A stretch of 64,000 nt of DNA from Eledone cirrhosa (GCA_964016885.1 OZ024752.1:40796001-40860000); one strand, 5' to 3'; shown: positions 1 to 13,159, counted from the stretch's first letter. Translations and numbers: made by a program. The notes: generated by a model not told the origin, from the sequence alone.

Positions 1-120
1 ATTTAGAAGACCATTCGCTATGAGTTTTAAAGTAGTGACTATGTCACTTACTTATTTTCGGCAGAGGCTGGGAGAGTGGCTGTCAGCTGTTTCTCACTGG
101 TTGACGTTAGAGGGAGAGAG

Positions 121-192
<72 letters not shown>

Positions 193-197
<5 letters not shown>

Positions 198-679
198 AAA
201 TTGAGGTTGGTAATGGCACATGGAATATATAAGAGACAGAATACTTTTTTGTGAAAAAACATATAATTTTATAAGGTAAGGAAATAATAAAGGGTATAAA
301 AAAGGACCGGTTTCGATGGGTCTGCAAAAGCCATCTTTTCAAATGTTGATTAATATTAAGAAAAATTAATAATACGAAGAGTTAAAATTTGAGAAAACTA
401 CTATGAAATCCCACAATGAATTTTATACTTGAATTTTCAAATCTCAAATTTTAACTCTTCGTATTATTAATTTTTCTTAATATTAATCAACATTTGAAAA
501 GATGGCTTTTGCAGACCCATCGAAACCGGTCATCTTTTATACCCTTTATTATTTCCTTACCTTATAAAATTATATGTTTTTTCACAAAAAAGTATTCTGT
601 CTCTTATATATTCCATGTGCCATTACCAACCTCAATTTTCTCTATAACCTTCGTTTTATGTAGAAAATTACACTTTTCA
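193..679 (+). mobile_element. Fold-back Penelope-like pseudo-LTR element (arms 193-394 / 442-643, 3' tail 644-679)
   Basis: About 200-bp near-perfect inverted repeat between (TA)n(GA)n and (TA)n, with an extra tail on one side and an HHR-like motif in each arm. Confidence 0.75.
489..536 (+). ncRNA. Minimal HHR-like motif, U3-A8 core variant (mirror copy about 300-347, minus strand)
   Basis: aacat-TTGAAAA-GATGG[cttttgcagac]CCATC-GAAA-CCGG-TC-atctt. Stem III is the palindrome ACCGGT; stem I is imperfect. Confidence 0.5.
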
Positions 680-784
680 TATATATATATATATATATAT
701 ATATGTAGGAGGTGAGTTTTATTGTAGTACAATAAAGCAATGCAGATTTTAAGTGTTTTTTAACCTTCATATCATGTCTTCCTG

Positions 785-851
785 TTTTATCTGATGAAAA
801 CACAAATATTATTGCATGATGATATTTGTTTTTGAAATGCGCAAAATAAAA
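785..851 (+). ncRNA. Minimal HHR, probably inactivated (U16.1 to A)
   Basis: TTTTAT-CTGATGA-AAAcACAAATATTAT[tgcatg]ATGATATTTGTtTTT-GAAA-TGCGCA-AA-ATAAAA, followed by a short tail and (TA)n. Confidence 0.75.
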
Positions 852-881
852 TACATGGAACTCTTTTAACCATCTTTTGTT

Positions 882-930
<49 letters not shown>

Positions 931-1570
931 GGGGAGAGAGAGACTGGTAGACAACAACATTGGAAGAGAATGTTTTAGTACTCTAGCATCCAAATTTCTT
1001 TTGACTTACATTGGTTTTCCATGAATTCTAAATTCAAATACAAACACTTTGTTAGATCCCAGTATTCATGGGAATGAGAGAAAACCTTCAGTAGAATCAT
1101 TACTATAGAGATTCATGAAAAACTGATGTATTTGCGTTGAAATAAATGAAAAGAAGTTACCATATAAAGAATATTATTACAGTAAAAGAAAAAAACCCCA
1201 CCCATTTCAGAAATTGGCGGTGATGTGGAGTTTGAAGTCGTCCATGGCGCTTTATCACGCAAAATGGCATCTCAAATCCAATTCATCATAGTTATTCTGG
1301 CTTTAAAGCTTGAAGTAGAAATTTTAAAGAAAAAACAACAACATATCGTTGCATACATTCTTCCGAATGGATTATTATATTTTCAGCCAGTTAAGACATC
1401 AAAGAGAAGTATTCGTTTTGGGAAGAATTCGCCATTTTCTTCTCTTTCCGAATACCGTTGAAAAGTTAGATGTTTAGGGAAAATTTACAAGACGATTAAG
1501 GCCAAGGACAGTTCCTAATTCATGGCAGTAGATCAAATGATCTAAACAGAATCATAATGTTTGCATCCCC

Positions 1571-1649
<79 letters not shown>

Positions 1650-1757
1650 TAATATATATATATTAAAATAATAATATATATAATGATATAATATAATAAA
1701 ATATTATATATTTGATATATATTCTTCCTTATCGAGCCCTCTTTGGATTTTAGTCTT

Positions 1758-1832
<75 letters not shown>

Positions 1833-1912
1833 GTATGTAAAAGGTAAATAGAAATAACAATACAATCGGTACAGTATATGGAAGGGATATATTATATATA
1901 TATATATATATC

Positions 1913-1966
1913 TGTTAGAACACGAAAAGTGTGAAACAACAGAATGTTCACTTTTCGTGTTCTAAC
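1913..1966. repeat. Small fold-back next to (TA)n
   Basis: tgttagaacacgaaaagtg ... cacttttcgtgttctaaca. Confidence 0.6.
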
Positions 1967-2649
1967 ATATATGCCTAGCTTCTTTAAAAATTTTTCGGGG
2001 ATAGCCGTGGTGGTGGTGATCGTATGTCATTGGCTAATTTTCAACCAATCAGAGTACCTCTCTCTATATCTCTTCCACTGTTACTTACGCCTGTTTCTCT
2101 CTATCTGTTCCGTCTCTATATATATCTCTTACTCTTTCGCTTTGCACTCCTCCCCTTCAATACCATCTCTCCCCCTCTCTATATATTTGTTACTCTATCG
2201 CTGCACGCTCCTCTCCTTCAATATATCAATCACACACGCTTTACACTCCTTTATCCCCAGCGCCCCTATATATACACCCCCCTCTCCCGCATCTATATTT
2301 TAATGTACCGTTGCACCGTGAATATATGTGTCTATATATATATACATATATATTGTATATACACATTCATGTATGTGTATACACACTCATGTATGTATAT
2401 ACACTGGTTTTGTGTGTATTGTAAATTTGTACTGTTAAAACACGAAACTAACATTCGATTGACACTTTGATTACCTGTACAGGCAATAGTTATTAGAATG
2501 CTGTTGAAGTGTGTATATATTTTTGGGGGACATCCTGTATATACACACATTATATATAATACAATAAACAGATAAATACACACATATATATATGAGCTTA
2601 TTTAATTATAAATATTGTGAATTTTTAACTCAGTTCAATTATATATATA

Positions 2650-2697
2650 AATGGCTTCTACAGGACTAGAACTGTTTCATTCGAAAGAAATCATCAT
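2650..2697 (-). mobile_element. HHR-bearing pLTR fragment (same family as 41509 and 46325)
   Basis: Reverse complement: TGATGA-TTTC[tttc]GAAT-GAAA-CAGT-TC-tagtcctgtagaagccattt, abutting (TA)n. Confidence 0.55.
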
Positions 2698-3316
2698 AAT
2701 ATTGAGAGGGGGGACTAGATAAAATATTTCAAATCAAATGTGTATAAGTTATAAGTTAAAATGTATAAATAGAGACGATAGTGGAGGTATATCTGTTTAG
2801 TGGAACAGTAGACGATAGAATTAAATACAGACGAGAATCTCCCTTTAATGAAACAGCAGACGATAGAATTAAGGCAATTTAAATTTTAAGCATTTGCATT
2901 TTTGCCTTTCATCGTTACGGGGTCGATAAAATAAAGTACCAGTAATACACTGTCACTAGACGACTTTCAAATTGAATTGTTGGTTCCATTTCTTTAGTAT
3001 TTTCAATTGTAGTTATCTACTTAAAAAGCGTTACACGGTTAGAGACATAATTCGTAAGTTATATCTTCCCTATTAAACCATTGCATTATTTCGCCTACAA
3101 TAGAACAAAAATGAAATGTTCTTTAAAGAAACAGGAATATAACTTTATAAAAAAAAAAGTTGCATCCGCTTCTTTTATCATAGATACTTTTTTCGTTTTA
3201 ATATTAATTGTTTTTTGTAGTTGTTTATATTAAAAATCTTACTGTAATATTTACTTAAACGAAGGCAAACATCTAAACTTATAGATTAATCTTGAGCGAA
3301 GGACTAGATAAATCTC

Positions 3317-3368
<52 letters not shown>

Positions 3369-3764
3369 AACGAAGAATGATAAAATTTCAAGCAAAGAGT
3401 TTAATTAGGTATATTTTGTAATATTATTAACTAATTATTATAATTAACGCGCATATTTTGCTATCCTCAAACACGTTTACACATGGCATGAAATATAACT
3501 AATCCGAGATGGCTAGGTTTCATCTTCTAACTGGATATACGAAATCCATTATGTCTTGACAACAACATGAGGTAACATTATGTTATTCACAGACACACTT
3601 TGTACACTGTTCCATATCAGAATGTATTTCCTTCGTCACATTCACAAACAGTATTGAAAATATGTTCTTCAGCAAATAAAAATGTTTTGTTCATAATATT
3701 TCAACTAGCGATTGCTCTACTCCACGCACGACCACCATAAATTAATGACCAGCTCAACACAAGT

Positions 3765-3930
3765 ATTGGTAGAGCGTCAGACACCATGCTTTGCAGTATT
3801 GTTATGGTCCTTTGCATTCTAAGTTCAAATCCTGCCGAGGTTAACTTCGACTTTCATACTTACTAATTCGATAAAATAAAGTACCAGTAATGGACTGCCG
3901 TAATGGATTTGTGCCGAAAAATAGAAACAC
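3765..3930 (+). mobile_element. Degraded tRNA-derived SINE (family A)
   Basis: B-box gttcaaatcc and core tcgataaaataaagtaccagt. A 3' fragment also lies at about 2898-2952. Confidence 0.75.
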
Positions 3931-4485
3931 TATTAATGTGCAATAAGAGCAAAATATAACGACATTGCTCAATTATTTTATCTAATGTTGTAATAACACA
4001 AGGAAATGTTGTTTGTGTATTTTTTTTTATATTTGCTCATAGGCTTTTACAATTTCGCTCAGCCAACAACTATTAAAAAGTGAGTTGCTTAAGATAACAA
4101 TTTAATCACAAATTGTTGCTATCTTTTAATACACTCCAACAAGTCATCAAATTATGTACAATAAAAACAAATCTTATTAATTTGCTCAGGGAATATAAAG
4201 AAAATGTATATACACTGATAATTGCAATTGTATGTAAATATTTTGTTTTTGTATTGTTTATTTTATGTTTTCTATTATGTATAATATATTGATTTAATAT
4301 TGATTGTTTTTTGTAGTTGTTTATATTAAAAGTCTGAAAATATTTTTATACATCTTACACTAATATTTATAAGATAATTTATAATAACAATTACATAATC
4401 TAATTACATTACAACGATAATTTATTATTAATATATATCCTGTTTAACTAGAGTTATTACAAGCGTTGCCTTAAAAAAATATTAA

Positions 4486-5442
4486 ACTAGACATGAAAAA
4501 TGCGCAAGCTCAAAAGTGCCACAGAATGTTATAATAAACCTTCAAAAGTGTGGGACTAGAGTTGTTGCTAAAAAATATTGTAATCATTATATATCGTACA
4601 TTCTGTGGCATCCTTTATAAAAATAGCTTAAACCAACGAAGCCTTTATTTTTACGCTATTTCACTTAGTTAATTCTTAGAGTGAAACATATAAAAATAAA
4701 TACATCTATGTTTAATGTAATAACAGCTATAAATAATTACGTAATATTATTATCATATACTCATAGTAACAAAATAATTGTGTTGAAAATTAATATGATG
4801 CTTATATGAACGATCAAATCTATAATGATAATTTCTTAAATATACTAATAGTAAAATAATTTAGTTATCTATTGTTACATTTTCATAGAACTATAATATT
4901 AACAATCGTATTGCATTATCAAATTTTTATCACTACAAACTTTCATATTGGAATTACCTTAAGCCACTTATTATTACTTCGCTTTCGTACTTTTACAGCT
5001 GTAGATATTGCGCTGTATCTTATATCTAATATCAATATCTCATGGTAATTTGCATGCAGTGTAAAATAGGTTTATTAATAACTTTAATATGAAATGTATT
5101 ATACAGGGCTGCGGAGTCGGCCAAAAATTGACTGGCTCCAACTCAGGATCCGATACTCCATTATTTCCTAAATTTCAGCTCCGCAGCTCTGTTATTATAT
5201 TAATTAATTTATTTTATAGTTGTAAATCATATTTTTATATGTTACACTCTAAGAATTAACTAAGTGAAATAGCGTAAAAATAAAGGCTTCGTTGGTTTAA
5301 GCTATTTTTATAAAGGATGCCACAGAATGTACGATATATAATGATTACAATATTTTTTAGCAACAACTCTAGTCCCACACTTTTGAAGGTTTATTATAAC
5401 ATTCTGTGGCACTTTTGAGCTTGCGCATTTTTCATGTCTAGT
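4486..5442. mobile_element. Element with 213-bp terminal inverted repeats (4486-4698 / 5230-5442), MITE/fold-back-like
   Basis: Near-identical arms starting actagacatg and ending catgtctagt, around an AT-rich non-coding spacer. Confidence 0.65.
5104..5191. mobile_element. Small hAT-like MITE
   Basis: TIRs cagggctgcggag / ctccgcagctctg; 8-bp flanks gtattata / ttattata (7/8 match, TSD-like). Confidence 0.6.
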
Positions 5443-5461
5443 ATATTATATGCATACATGC

Positions 5462-5517
<56 letters not shown>

Positions 5518-5570
5518 AAAAATACACATACATATACAGATACACACTGTCATACAAATAGACAAACAGT

Positions 5571-5700
<130 letters not shown>

Positions 5701-5904
5701 AAGAAATAGATAGATAGATAGATAGAGATGGATAGATAGATAGATAGAGAGGGAGAGAGAGAGCGAGAGAGAGTGAGAGTGGTATAGAAATAACAACAAA
5801 TGTATGCTCGCTGTACACATACACTGACAGTATATAGCCATTGTACTATATAGTGTCTGTATGTGTATGGATAAAAATGTGTGTGTGTTCAGATTTAGTT
5901 GTGT

Positions 5905-6566
5905 GTGTGTCTCCGCAATCTAACGTAGATGTCCGTGTGTCTCCGTAATCTTACGTAGATGTCCGTGTGTCTCCGCAATCTAACGTAGATGTCCGTGTGT
6001 CTCCGTAATCTTACGTAGATGTCCGTGTGTCTCCGTAATCTTACGTAGAAGTCCGTGTGGCTCCGTAATCTTACGTAGACGTCCATGTGGCTCCGTAATC
6101 TAACGTAGATGTCCGTGTGTCTCCGTAATCTTACGTAGATGTCCGTGTGTCTCCGTAATCTTACGTAGATGTCCGTGTGTCTCCGCAATCTTACGTAGAT
6201 GTCCGTGTGTCTCCGTAATCTTACGTAGATGTCCGTGTGTCTCCGCAATCTTACGTAGATGTCCGTGTGTCTCCGCAATCTAACGTAGAAGTCCGTGTGT
6301 CTCCGTAATCTTACGTAGACGTCCGTGTGGCTCCGTAATCTAACGTAGATGTCTGTGTGTCTCCGTAATCTTACGTAGATGTCCGTGTGTCTCCGCAATC
6401 TAACGTAGATGTCCGTGTGTCTCCGTAATCTTACGTAGATGTCCGTGTGTCTCCGTAATCTTACGTAGAAGTCCGTGTGTCTCCGTAATCTTACGTAGAT
6501 GTCCGTGTGTCTCCGTAATCTTACGTAGAAGTCCGTGTGTCTCCGTAATCTTACGTAGACGTCTGT
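5905..6566. repeat. 30-bp minisatellite, about 22 copies
   Basis: Unit gtgtgtctccgtaatcttacgtagatgtcc. Confidence 0.95.
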
Positions 6567-6788
6567 GTGTAGAGAGAGATAAAGAGGGTGGGTGAAGGTA
6601 TAAATATATAGATGTACTTATATGACACATTTAGGGCGAAGTAGGGGGGAGGGCGTGTGTGTCGGGGGCATGGGGGGCAAAATAGGACAAAATAGTATTT
6701 GTATATATACATGTGTGTGCGTGTATACACATATACATATATATATGACTGTGTGCATGCATACATATATATATATGTATTTATACAT

Positions 6789-6820
<32 letters not shown>

Positions 6821-6833
6821 CAATATATATACG

Positions 6834-6881
<48 letters not shown>

Positions 6882-6886
<5 letters not shown>

Positions 6887-7038
6887 TAGGTTTTAAACAT
6901 ATCTGCGTATAGTTACATACATTTATACATGTATAGATAGATATATACCCACACAATAGATATGTAGAAATATATACGTGCTGATAAAGACTAAACATTA
7001 TATGCATATATTTTATACACCAAAATCTCGTACGTACA
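6882..7038 (-). repeat. Dispersed repeat; inverted diverged copy at about 10080-10236
   Basis: catatctgcgtatagttacatacat... is the reverse complement of ...atgtatgtaactatacgcagatatg. Confidence 0.7.
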
Positions 7039-7051
7039 TATATATATTATA

Positions 7052-7150
<99 letters not shown>

Positions 7151-7171
7151 TACATGTGAGTGTGTGCATGT

Positions 7172-7215
<44 letters not shown>

Positions 7216-7233
7216 ATGTGAGTATGTGCATGT

Positions 7234-7311
<78 letters not shown>

Positions 7312-8262
7312 GTATTGCTATTATCTCAGCCTTTTCATCCGAGCAACGATAACTATATTGGTTACCATAGTTTCCGTTAACTGCGCTAGCTTACTCGCCA
7401 TATCTCAGCCAGTTGTATTGGAAAATCGCATTTAAATTTGGAAAGATGTGGTTAAAACAATAATGAGCGCAGGCTGAGTAAAATATATAAATAAATATTA
7501 TACAAATATGGCTGCAATTAAATTGAAGCAAGAATCTTTTTCAGTAACATCAAAGAATAATTGTAGCAATAATTTTGGGTGGAATAATAATAAAAGGAAG
7601 TAAAAATGATATTTTTAATACAAAAAAAAAATAGAAGAGGCATCACATTTCCATTACTTCGATGGTGGTTGGTGTATTGTAAAAGAAATGGTGCGGCGAA
7701 CAAATTCTATTTGTTGTGTTTTGTATTTTATTATGTCCCTCTCGGTCTAAGTTCAAATTTCAGTTGGTTTGGATTTCACAATTATCCCTATGGAAATCGA
7801 TAAAACCACTAAAATTTTATGACTAGGCTTCATTAAATCCTTCCCCCCCTCCGCGCTAAATTATGTCTTTGTACAAACAAAATATATCCTTATCGGAGTG
7901 ATTAAAACTGTTGTAGTGGAAAATATTGCGGTATTACTTACATCACATCACGTATTGAGTTCAAATTGTATGAGACTTGTTTGTCTTTAACTCTCTTGAA
8001 AACAATAATAAGATTCTCAGTCAATAAAATTATTCACACTCCTCTGTACCTGGAAAAATTCTCTGATGCCTGAGTTATGCAGCCTATCAAGTAATGTTAC
8101 TCCAAAGACTATTCGTGAGAATCCCATTTCAGCCTCCTGCATTTGAGATCATTTTCTTTCGGTCATTAGTCAAGAATCTTGTCCATATGTAAAGGTAGGC
8201 ATGAAAACTAAATTGGAAATATCTCTCACTTTCTGATGGCCGAGTGATCAAACTGGTGCAAC

Positions 8263-8318
<56 letters not shown>

Positions 8319-8323
<5 letters not shown>

Positions 8324-8535
8324 AACGAGTAGGACCCCGACGGCTGAGCTCAAGCCGTTTCGACGGCTAATTCTGGACTAAAATGTCCAGAATTTTAGTC
8401 CAGAATTAGCCGTCGAAACGGCTTGAGTTCAGCCGTCGGGGTCCCACTCGTTCCTATTACCCACTCTACTACCCTAAGTATTGAGTACTTTGGTGCGTTA
8501 TGGTCCACCTGGTTCCTTACCACATTTCCTTCGTT
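8319..8535 (+). mobile_element. Fold-back pLTR element family G carrying an HHR 3' half
   Basis: Inverted repeat 8319-8457 plus a tail of about 78 nt, set in (TA)n. Contains AGCCGTC-GAAA-CGGCT[tgagttc]AGCCG-TC. Five copies in the window. Confidence 0.75.
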
Positions 8536-8561
8536 ATATATATATATATATATATATATAC

Positions 8562-8898
8562 AATATATTAATAAATGGAAACTATATTTATAAAACCATA
8601 TTTATTTTATTATACATATTTCAAGGGCAACCAAGGCAAATTATGGTGCGCTTTCATCAGATAAAATACAGATTTGTTTTGTAAATAAATATTGACATAT
8701 CCGGAAAAAAGACAACCTTAACGGTTGGAGCTTCCTGGATAGTGGAGATAGTACATTTATTGAGGGTAATACAAAGTTATGAGTGAGTATGCAAATATAT
8801 TGTGTATTGTGTATTTACTCCACTAACTTGTTGAGTGCTTTATATCAGTTATAAAAAATGTTAAGCTTGTTGAATCCCAATAAATTAAATATAACCTC

Positions 8899-8902
<4 letters not shown>
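8562..8902. mobile_element. pLTR element: inverted HHR-containing part plus forward 3' tail (same family as 42797 and 22840)
   Basis: Shares ataaatggaaactatattt and the tail tactcc...ttgttgagtgc...tgca(TA)n with 42797-43110. Confidence 0.7.
8603..8668 (-). ncRNA. Complete minimal HHR
   Basis: Reverse complement: TATTTTAT-CTGATGA-AAGcGCACCA[taatttgcct]TGGTtGCcCTT-GAAA-TATGTA-TA-ATAAAATA. 8-bp stem I and intact core. Confidence 0.85.
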
Positions 8903-8940
<38 letters not shown>

Positions 8941-9024
8941 AAAGGCAAATATAAATGCAAGCAAACGACACAGTACAACGAATAAATATATTATTAGTTT
9001 TACGCTTGATATAGTAGGAAACAA

Positions 9025-9061
9025 GTCTTAACGTTTCGGACGCTAGTACTTCATCAGATAC
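9025..9061 (-). ncRNA. Minimal HHR-like motif within pLTR element about 8938-9273
   Basis: Reverse complement: gtat-CTGATGA-a-GTAC[tagc]GTCC-GAAA-CGT-TA-agac. The related copy at 21565 has a perfect GGAC/GTCC stem. Confidence 0.65.
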
Positions 9062-9298
9062 AGAATAAGAAATTAAAGAAGGAATAGAACGATAGAAGTG
9101 ACTGGGCAGTGGCAGAAACTCTAGTTGGGGAACAATTGAAGGTACCCGTTAACGTGCGCTGTATCGAAGTGAATAACTATGTGTATACTCTGGGAGTTTA
9201 TTTATCATTACCTATTGAGTACGCTGAGTTATAACCGGTCCTAGCAGTGATACCCATGCTAGTTCTGTCAACCTATATATATATATATATATATATAT

Positions 9299-9485
9299 AG
9301 GAACCAGTAAGACCCCGACGGCTGAACTCAAGCCGTTTCGACGGCTAATTCAGAATTAGCCGTCGAAACGGCTTGAGCTCAGCCGTCGGGGTCTTACTGG
9401 TTCCTATTACCCACTCTACTACCCTAAGTATTGAGTACTTTGGTGCGTTATGGTCCACCTGGTTCCTTACCACATTTCATTCGTT
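9299..9485 (+). mobile_element. Fold-back pLTR element family G
   Basis: Same arms and tail as 8319, with a shorter apex (gctaattcagaattagc). Confidence 0.75.
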
Positions 9486-10590
9486 ATATATATATATATA
9501 TATATAACCATATATATAACCTTTATTTCTTCTAGAATGCTATAGTTAACATAACATTTATTTATTTCATTCTACGCTAAAAATGCTAAAAAAATAAATC
9601 TATGAAATGGACGGATGTCGTAAGTCGATCTTTGGTAAGCTTTAAACTTAACGTAATATAAATAAAATCTTGAGAGTAGATCTGAAATTCATCGAGCAAA
9701 GCAGCTTTAAATTCGCAAAGGTTTAAATATGCATAGAATATATAAAGATAAATAAGCAGGAAAAATACCAAATGAAATGTGGAAAATACACGTGTTGTCA
9801 TGCATATTAAGTAGATGTAGATAAATATTGAGCGGCCATTTTCTTCTAATGTATGTTTAGGAATCATTTGTCAGTGGACGTTAGCTATGGATTTCTTTTC
9901 CGTTTTATTTCTCCTCATCTCTTTTTTGTTGTCTTCCTGTGTTTATGTTTCTTTAAAGAGTCTTTGACAATAGCTAATTTGCTGCAAACACATCTTTTTA
10001 GCTTACGTTTTCTCTTTCTCTTCGTCGCGTTTATATATAAACTATATACGTTAGTACACGTACGTCTCTGTGCATGTATGTGTACGTACGATATTTTGGG
10101 TGCATAAAATATATACATATAATGTTTAGTGCTTATAAGCACGTATATATTTCTACATATGTATGTGTGTATACATCTATCTACACATGTATGAATGTAT
10201 GTAACTATACGCAGATATGTATTAAACCTAAACGTGCAGGTATCCAGCGGAGCGTTCAAGATATATTTTTTATATATATATATATATATAGAATTCGAAC
10301 GATATATGTAATATATAATCCTATAGAAAAAAATTTATGTAAAATACATAACAACGATAATCATGAAACGTCTTTTTTAAAGAAACTCAACATGAAATAT
10401 ATTTTGCTGGAAGCGTAGTTTCGGTTCTGAATATTGATAATGAAGATACAACTGATGGATTACATTAGATTCCTTGCTTGCCAGTATTTAGTCCGGTAAC
10501 TACTCCACCATCTTGTTATCTCTCTTTATATCATATCATACATACATACATACATACATATATACATATATATATTATGCGTTATGCGTG

Positions 10591-10626
<36 letters not shown>

Positions 10627-10684
10627 TGTATGTATGTATGTATGTATGTATGTATGTTATATATATATATATGTGTATATATAT

Positions 10685-10726
<42 letters not shown>

Positions 10727-10774
10727 ACATATATATATACTTATATATACACATATATAAATATATAAATATTT

Positions 10775-10858
<84 letters not shown>

Positions 10859-10969
10859 GTGTGTATGTATTATGTGTGTATATATATATAAATATTGTAA
10901 ATAAAACGGGTAAATCAGACAAAGTTGGAATTCCTTTTATTAATATATATATATATATATATGACACAA

Positions 10970-11049
<80 letters not shown>

Positions 11050-11225
11050 AGGGGAGAGAAGGAGATAGGAAGAGAACGAGGTTTGATGTGGGTAGGATAG
11101 GGAACTGTTATCAAACTTCAATTAGAATCAATATACGCAACAGCTAAAAGACGCAGCTAATTTTTGGTAGTATTAGTAATGCTGAAGGTGTTTTACTCCT
11201 GCTGGGGGATCAAGCCGCCATTGAA

Positions 11226-11956
11226 AACCATAAGGTCGACAACAGTACAATAAAGACAGCTCTTATAACAAGCAGACGATAAGAAAACCACTTACAATAA
11301 GATCTGTAAGTTATGCTGGTGATGTTAATGGTGAAAAAAAAACAAAAAAACTTATATATGTTGCAGTTTGAAGATAGATTTTCATTAATTTGGGTCGTTG
11401 GATTGGCAGTATCGGTAGAGAGTCGTAAAGGGCCGTAACTCTATGCTACAAACCATAAGGTCGACAACAGTACAGTAAAGACAGCTCTGATAACAACCAG
11501 GACGATAAGAAAACCACTTACAATAAGATCTGTAAGTTATGCATTAATTTCGGTCGTTCGCAGTATCGGTAGAGAGTCGGACTCCATGCTTTGCAGCATA
11601 GAGTTACGGCCCTTTACGACTCTCTACCGATACTGCCAATCCAACGACCGAAATCAATGAAAATCTATCTTCAAACTGCGACATACACAAGTGTTTTTTT
11701 CCCCCCATTAACATCACCAGCATAACTTACAGATCTTATTGTAAGTGGTTTTCTTATCGTCTTGGTTGTTATCAGAGCTGTCTTTATTGTACTGTTGTCG
11801 ACCTTATGGTTTGCAGCATAGAGTTACGACCCTCTACAGTCTGAGTTCAAATCTCGCCGAGGTTAACTTTGCCTTTCATCCTTACGAGGGTCGATAAAAT
11901 AAAGTACCAGTAATGCACTGGGTATTTGCTGGCCTTGTGCCAAAAGTAGAAACAAT
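11226..11956. mobile_element. SINE family A insertion with direct and inverted duplication of flank and SINE head
   Basis: Block aaaccataaggtcgac... occurs at 11226 and 11451 (+) and at about 11720-11812 (-). SINE body 11812-11956. Confidence 0.75.
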
Positions 11957-12224
11957 TAATTTCAGTCGTTTTCTTTAATCTGTCAACTTTTTCATTCACA
12001 ACGTTTTCATTCTCACAAACCCTTACTCATTTGATTGGGATAGAGAGTACCAACTGGAGGTATGAGCCCCACGAAATGGAATGATTCATTCAGTTTCTAA
12101 CTCTCGCCATGTTTTGCTGAGTAACGCATTGCTATTTTTTTCCATGTCGGGATCACGAAACTTTTCCATGTCTCACCTTGATTCAAACGGGTAAAACTAA
12201 CCGACAGGAGGCCCAGACGTAGAC

Positions 12225-12325
12225 CCCCCCCCGAGCAAGATGGTTGGATAACACGTTCCCCCACAGCGGTACTGAACTTAAAACCTCATGACTACGAAGT
12301 GACTTCTTTAACCATACACGGCCAT
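12225..12325 (-). mobile_element. Degraded tRNA-derived SINE head (family B-like)
   Basis: Reverse complement: tggccgtgtatggttaagaagtc...gtagtcatgaggttttaagttcagtacc...tcttgctcgg. Confidence 0.5.
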
Positions 12326-12372
12326 TTGTATGCATAAGATAAATTATCAGTCGAACATATATATATATATAT

Positions 12373-12432
<60 letters not shown>

Positions 12433-12440
<8 letters not shown>

Positions 12441-12845
12441 ATACTTTGGGAGGGTCATGTTGCCAATAAGAAACACACGCACCAGTTGCTTTCACTTCAA
12501 TTTATTATAATAAATTTATAAATTTAGGAATAAATCTATAAATTTCTGGTTGGTTGGTTGGTTCCACAACCAGATAGAATCCCCAGTCACTGAAGAGGTT
12601 ACAGAATGTGTAACGAAAGAACTTTGACAATATATAAACAACTATCTGGTTGTGGAACCAACCAACCAACCAGAAATTTATAGATTTATTCCTAAATTTA
12701 TAAATTTATTATAATAAATTGAAGTGAAAGCAACTGGTGCGTGTGTTTCTTATTGGCAACATGACCCTCCCAACCCAAAGTATAACAATATCGGTTTCAA
12801 CACACGATTTCAGATAAAGAATCTTGCTAAACAAATTCAGAAACG

Positions 12846-12848
<3 letters not shown>
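12433..12848 (+). mobile_element. Fold-back pLTR element (arms 12433-12577 / 12642-12791, tail to 12848)
   Basis: About 145-bp inverted repeat in (TA)n with an HHR in the spacer. A rearranged relative lies at 59572-59792. Confidence 0.8.
12586..12628 (+). ncRNA. Complete minimal HHR
   Basis: GTCA-CTGAAGA-g-GTTACA[gaatg]TGTAAC-GAAA-GAAC-TT-TGAC. Confidence 0.8.
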
Positions 12849-12901
<53 letters not shown>

Positions 12902-12905
<4 letters not shown>

Positions 12906-13066
12906 ATAATAATAAATTTGAAGACTAAAATCCAAAGAGGGCTCGATAAGGATAAATATATATCAAATATATAAGAACCGTAGAGCAAATATTTATTAAA
13001 ATAACAGATCCCGTTAAGAGTGAAAGCAGCGATTCTTTGCTTAAACTTTAATCTGTTATTTTAATA
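12902..13066. mobile_element. Fold-back pLTR element (same family as 40730, 23589, 1725, 46098)
   Basis: Minus-strand long arm 12902-13009 joined to forward cccgttaagagt-GAAA-gcagcga-ttc...; flanked by (TA)n. Confidence 0.7.
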
Positions 13067-13072
13067 TATATA

Positions 13073-13159
<87 letters not shown>

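Noticed and set aside
1225-1461. 78-aa ORF; also the 29974-30219 ORF
   Set aside because: No recognisable motif or splice support; within chance length.
5905-6566. CRISPR-like periodic arrays (also 27183-28112 and 38281-38737)
   Set aside because: No unique spacers, no cas genes, eukaryotic context.
8143-8173. Minus-strand TTGA-CTAATGA-ccgaaag-aaaatga-TC-TCAA
   Set aside because: G5 is mutated and stem II is essentially absent; too degenerate to call.
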